A stretch of DNA of 63,967 nucleotides, counting the filler, from an uncultured bacterium (GTDB taxonomy: Bacteria; Auribacterota; CAZIXI01), in the NCBI GenBank assembly GCA_964543115.1. It is 10 parts of 10 records of this genome, joined end to end, with 100 filler letters (N's around TTAATTAATTAA, not from the genome) between each part and the next. Parts side by side here need not be neighbours in the genome. Positions count along the whole stretch, not along the records: positions 59,959 to 63,967 come from CAZIXI010000292.1; 9 more parts are not named here. One strand, given 5' to 3'. The translations under genes were made by a program, and so were the position numbers. The stretch's first letter is position 1. Every line of letters begins with the position of its first letter. This document shows positions 59,959 to 63,967 of the stretch, piece by piece. The notes under the pieces were generated by a model. The model was not told the DNA's origin, ran no database searches, and was given only the letters and a program-made list of their open reading frames with translations.

Positions 59959-62536
59959 CTGGGCGCAGGGTCCGGCAATTCATTCCCCGGTTCAAACCAG
60001 CCAGCCATTAGATAAGCTTGATCTTCTGGCCAAAGGATTTAAGCTTCCAGATGTCAGCAAGCTGAATATCCCGGAAAAGTTCGGCCGAGTGGAAGAGCGT
60101 TACCTGGGATTCAACGATAAGCTGGTGATTCACATCCGTGATTCTCATGCCCATTATGAAGCACAGAATAATTATGCGGCGGTTCTCAGACATTTGACGG
60201 AGCTGAATCTTAATGGCAGTAAAAAATTATTGGCTGTTGAAGGGGCAGAGGGGGTGCTGTCAATCGACTGGTTGAAAACGGTTCCGGAAGAGAAGGCGAA
60301 AAAGGCGGTTGTGGATCATTACCTGCAGGCCGGGCTGTTGAGCGGAGCAGAATATTACGCGATTTTTGCCCCGGAAAATCTCGTGCTTTACGGTGTTGAA
60401 GATATTGATATATACAAGAAGAACCTGAGTGTTTTTCAGCAGGCACAGACAGATAAAGAAGGTATATTGCAGGTAGTTAACCTATTGCGGGAAAAATTGA
60501 GTGAATTATTGAGCGAGGTATTCCCCTCGGAATTGGCTGAGCTGGAAAAAACCAGCTTGGCCTATCGGCAGGGAAAGATAGACTACTCTGTCTATCTTAA
60601 GAAAATGCTTACTTATGGCAGGCAGGCGGGAATCAAGGCAATTGAGTTTCCGGCAATTGTGGCGGTGGCCCACTGCCTGAAGCTTGAGGAAAAAATGTCG
60701 TTAAAGCAGGTGGAGCGGCAAAGAGAGAAATTGATTAAAAAATTGAGCGCGGTTATGGTGGAAGAAGAGAAACGAGAATTGGTGCGTAAGGTGCTGGAAT
60801 TCCGGATAGGAAAGCAAAATGCCCTTTATTTCTATATTTATCTCTGGTCGTTAATTAAGGATTACGAACTGCCTGCGGATGAATATGAGGATCTATTCAG
60901 TTATGTTCAGTTGCTGGAGATGTACGCGGCGATTGAAACAGTAGAATTGTTTACTGAAACCGAGCAGTTGGAAAAAGCAATTAAGGAGAAGCTCTTTATT
61001 GCCGAGGATCAGAAGTTCTTGGATGAACTTTTAAGTCAGCTGATTGTTGTTGAGCACCTGGCTCAACTGCGTTTGAACAGAAAAGAATTAGCTGAATATC
61101 GAGATGACAAAATACAGCTGGAAAAAATCGTCGGCAAGGCCAAAAGTTTAATAACAAAGTATGAAGGCCAGGAATGGGGAGCTGATGCATTGCTGGCTGA
61201 TGACGCTTCTCTGCGGATATTTGAGCGGTTTTATGAGTTGGCGGTAAAAAGAGATGCGCTTTTATGCGCTAATTTGTTCAAAAAAATGGATAGAGATAAT
61301 CTCCAGGTGGCCTTTCTGGTAACCGGTGGTTTTCACACATCGGCGATTATTGAAGAACTGAAAAAGAAAGACATTTCTCATCTAGTAGTTTCTCCGCGAA
61401 TAACTAAAATTGAGCCGGGTCTGGAGAAGAAATACCTGGACCTGATGATGGGAGTGAAAACGCCGCTGGAAAGATTGCTGGCAGAGGCTGGGCAGCGGCT
61501 AGCTAATCCTGCGATTATTTCTAATCCGCGAGATATAACGGGCAGGAGAGAACACTTGTTGCGTCAATTTATGGAGTTGGTATCTTCGCATTTCATCTTT
61601 AGTCAAAGGCATCTTGGCCGCAACAAGGTAATTGATGGCTATATCAGGTTTCTGCAGGAGTGGATAGAAGAAGTGGCAAAAACAGACGGAACAGAAAGAG
61701 ATAAAATTATTGAGCAGTTAAAACAGGAATTGACCGGAGCAGAGATTGAAGATGCGGTAAATGTTTCACGCGATAAACAGGCCTTTTATCATCATTTTAC
61801 AGTAAATAAGAAAGAATATGCAGCAGTAGTAGCGGATTCAGCAGAAAAGCGGCGGCAATTAGAGAGCTGTTTGCGGTCTGAAAAAGGACAGTTAAGAGAG
61901 GTTACGCTAACGGTTGCTGAAGGCAAGACAATTCAAGTTGTCTTTGTAAAGAAAGACCTGTTAGATCATATCTGGCCGGTATTGTCTGGGAGGAAGGAAG
62001 GGAAGAAACCGGTGAAAAAGAAAATTGTCCGCCAAGTTGAAAGAAAACATTATCGGGCGGAAGTAGAAGAGAGTCCGGCAGCAAGCAGAGAAGGAGCTCC
62101 TATAGTAGTGGATAGAGACATTGATCAGCAACTCGGATCTATTAAATCGCTGATTGATTGGATTGTTGATAATTCCTGGACATTTCAATTGGCTGTTCTT
62201 GTAATTGTTACTACCCTTGTAAGTCTAATCGGTTTTGATGTTAGTGGATTGATCGGAGTAGATAGGGCTGCGGGGTGGTATGGTGTTTTGTTGGGAGGAG
62301 TGCCTCTGCTAGTTGGTCTGCCGGCAAGGTTTGTGTTAAGTGACGATGGGGCTTTATTTCGTTTTGAACAGCAGGAGCCGGGAGATGAAATAGCGCCGCC
62401 AGCAGCGGCTGAAGCAGGGGAGCCGGAAGAAAAAGATGAAGAAGAAGATGATGGATTGTCGCAGTTGTTGCAGGAAGCGTTAGATATTTTGTCAACAGAG
62501 AAGAGACGAATAAAAATGTTTAAAGAAAAAATGTAA
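59959..62536 (+). CDS. Giant-protein-type gene, part 1 (5' truncated; conserved N-terminal domain), ending at an in-frame TAA
   Basis: Frame open from 59960 (WAQGPAIH...); IPEKFGRVEE..KLVIHIRDSHAHYEAQNN..LAVEGAEG..LLSGAEY..LVTGGFH; later a TM hairpin. Confidence 0.8.
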
Positions 62537-63967
62537 GAAGCGTTGTCTGAAGAAAATTCTCTGGCTCTAAGGATAAAAGCGTTAATCATGGCAAAAGTGG
62601 TTTTAGAAATAATCAATGAAGTATCTCAGCTAGAGCAGAGAAGTAAAGAAAGTTTAAGTCAGGAATGGGAAGAGGCGGTGGCTGCCCTGGGAACATTAGC
62701 GGAAAACTTGCAGAGGCTTAAAAGAGAGGCAGAGCCGGAAGATGTTGTCGAAGTGGTTGTTTTCTTGGCGCGGCAGGATCCGGAGGCCTTTATTGCACTA
62801 TTAGAGGCAGATGAGGAGCTTTATGGTCAGGTGGTATATCAGCAGGCTGGAACATTAACTCCAGAGACGCGGGCCAGGCTTTTCCGCTTGTATCAGTTGA
62901 GTGTTTTTGGTGAGGATTTCTGGTTTAGTGAGGTTGTGCCGTTAGTTGAGGCAATGGAGAATAATGAACATGATTTGCGTCAAGGATTGGGTGAGCTTGT
63001 TAATAAGATTCAGGCAGCGGAAAAAGAGGGACAGATTATTCCGGCGCCGGAGTTAAGGGTTTTAATTCACCAGCTGAATATTTTATTAGCGGGTGAGGAA
63101 TTCAATCAGGCGAGGGCGCGGCAATTATTGGGATTACTTAAAAAGTATGCTGAGCGGGCAGAGCGGAGCGCGGAAGTATTTGGAAATATTGCACTGGGAC
63201 TGTATCAGTTTACCGCGGGAACTAATGCCCAACGGGCAACAGTTATTAAAGATCTTCGGACAATAGCGGAAAGGCAGCCGTTTATTTTTCAGGCGGTTGT
63301 TAATAGGTTAGGAGGATCGGCGGTGGCTACGCTGCAGCAGCGGCGTAATCTGGCGCGCGGCGGGGCAATGGCCTTTAAGGATGCCAAGAGTGGTGTTGGC
63401 CGTTTTTCACAGGCGGTAACTATGGGTATGGCAGCGGAGGAGCGCTTGTGTCGCAGCATCCAGCTTTATGGAATACGGGATGTGGCCTATCCTGATCTGA
63501 AAAATTTAGCGGCAGCACTTTGCTGGCCGGCACAGGCTGAGGTATTTCTTGAAGGTTTTGACGCACTGGAAGCAGACTATATTGGTGACGTAAATGATTT
63601 AATAAATGTTTTTGCTGGCGTAGAACAGAAATTAGATAGAGAAATTTCCGCGGCTATTTCATCTCCGGAAGACAGCCCGGTTAGTGGAATGATGTTTGTC
63701 CTGAAAACGGTAGCGGGAGTACTTCTGCTGGCGATTGCAATTGTAATCCTGCCACATCTTAGTATGTTGGATGTATTTAGCTGGCTCTTTTTGGCGGATG
63801 CGGTTCGGGAAGGATTGCCGATTGTTGGCGGGCTTGTTGGAATATTTTTGGGTCTCTTTGCTTTGTTTCGGGCAGTTTCCTTGCTGGTAGAAAAGATTAC
63901 TGCGGATCGTTTGCCGGCAGGGGAAGAAGCGGAAGAACAGGCATTGGTGCAGGCCTACAGCAGGAGG
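62537..63967 (+). CDS. Giant-protein-type gene, part 2: same frame continues for 477 codons to the window edge (absent from ORF track)
   Basis: Hand translation EALSEENSLALRIKALIMAKVV...AYSRR has no stop codon; helical, with TM segments near 63700-63890. Confidence 0.8.

Noticed and set aside
62534..62536. Alternative genetic code, selenocysteine or pyrrolysine at the internal stop
   Set aside because: The codon is TAA, not TGA or TAG, and TAA, TAG and TGA all terminate normal genes in this window.
336..62616. The many 60-200 aa ORFs in the track that overlap longer genes (e.g. 336-596, 14044-14628, 27949-28560, 35315-35785, 37304-37834)
   Set aside because: They lie antisense to or out of frame within well-supported CDSs; 35315-35785 simply mirrors the acidic tract.

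Overview
This window is not contiguous DNA. It is ten contig pieces of about 6.4-6.7 kb, the eight complete ones in decreasing size order, joined by nine artificial 100-nt linkers (N-run + TTAATTAATTAA + N-run), so adjacency across a linker means nothing. The gene content (giant-protein N-terminal domain, PilM-PilN fusion, Re-citrate synthase, many orphan secreted proteins) suggests an anaerobic bacterial MAG, probably Omnitrophota or a PVC relative; this is inference, and some pieces may be mis-binned. Ordinary content: pta, Re-citrate synthase and aspC; a type IV pilus/T2SS-like cluster; nadE; a legionaminic-acid-type nonulosonic acid cluster; rpe, lepA, nagZ and a sugar-binding protein; an APC permease, a SIS-domain protein, a PSD-family protein and tRNA-Leu(TAA). 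Five highlights. (1) A Nif11-leader RiPP locus at 46.9-53.3 kb has two identical precursors (core DKWTPDCRKCASKSHM), a probable prenyltransferase, a standalone class II terpene-cyclase-like protein with an intact DxDD motif, an HExxH protein and a decayed M16 peptidase; it is a candidate pathway for a peptide carrying a cyclised isoprenoid. (2) A protein with a signal-peptide-like N-terminus and two sigma70 region-4-like modules sits behind a perfect sigma54 promoter. (3) A giant-protein-type gene is split by one in-frame TAA. (4) A dispersed GACTGC-bounded mini-element and swappable palindromes are present, including tRNA-Leu remnants whose arms are replaced by palindromes. (5) Two divergent sigma54 promoters drive two genes missing from the ORF track. 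All family assignments come from motif recognition by eye; no searches were run.
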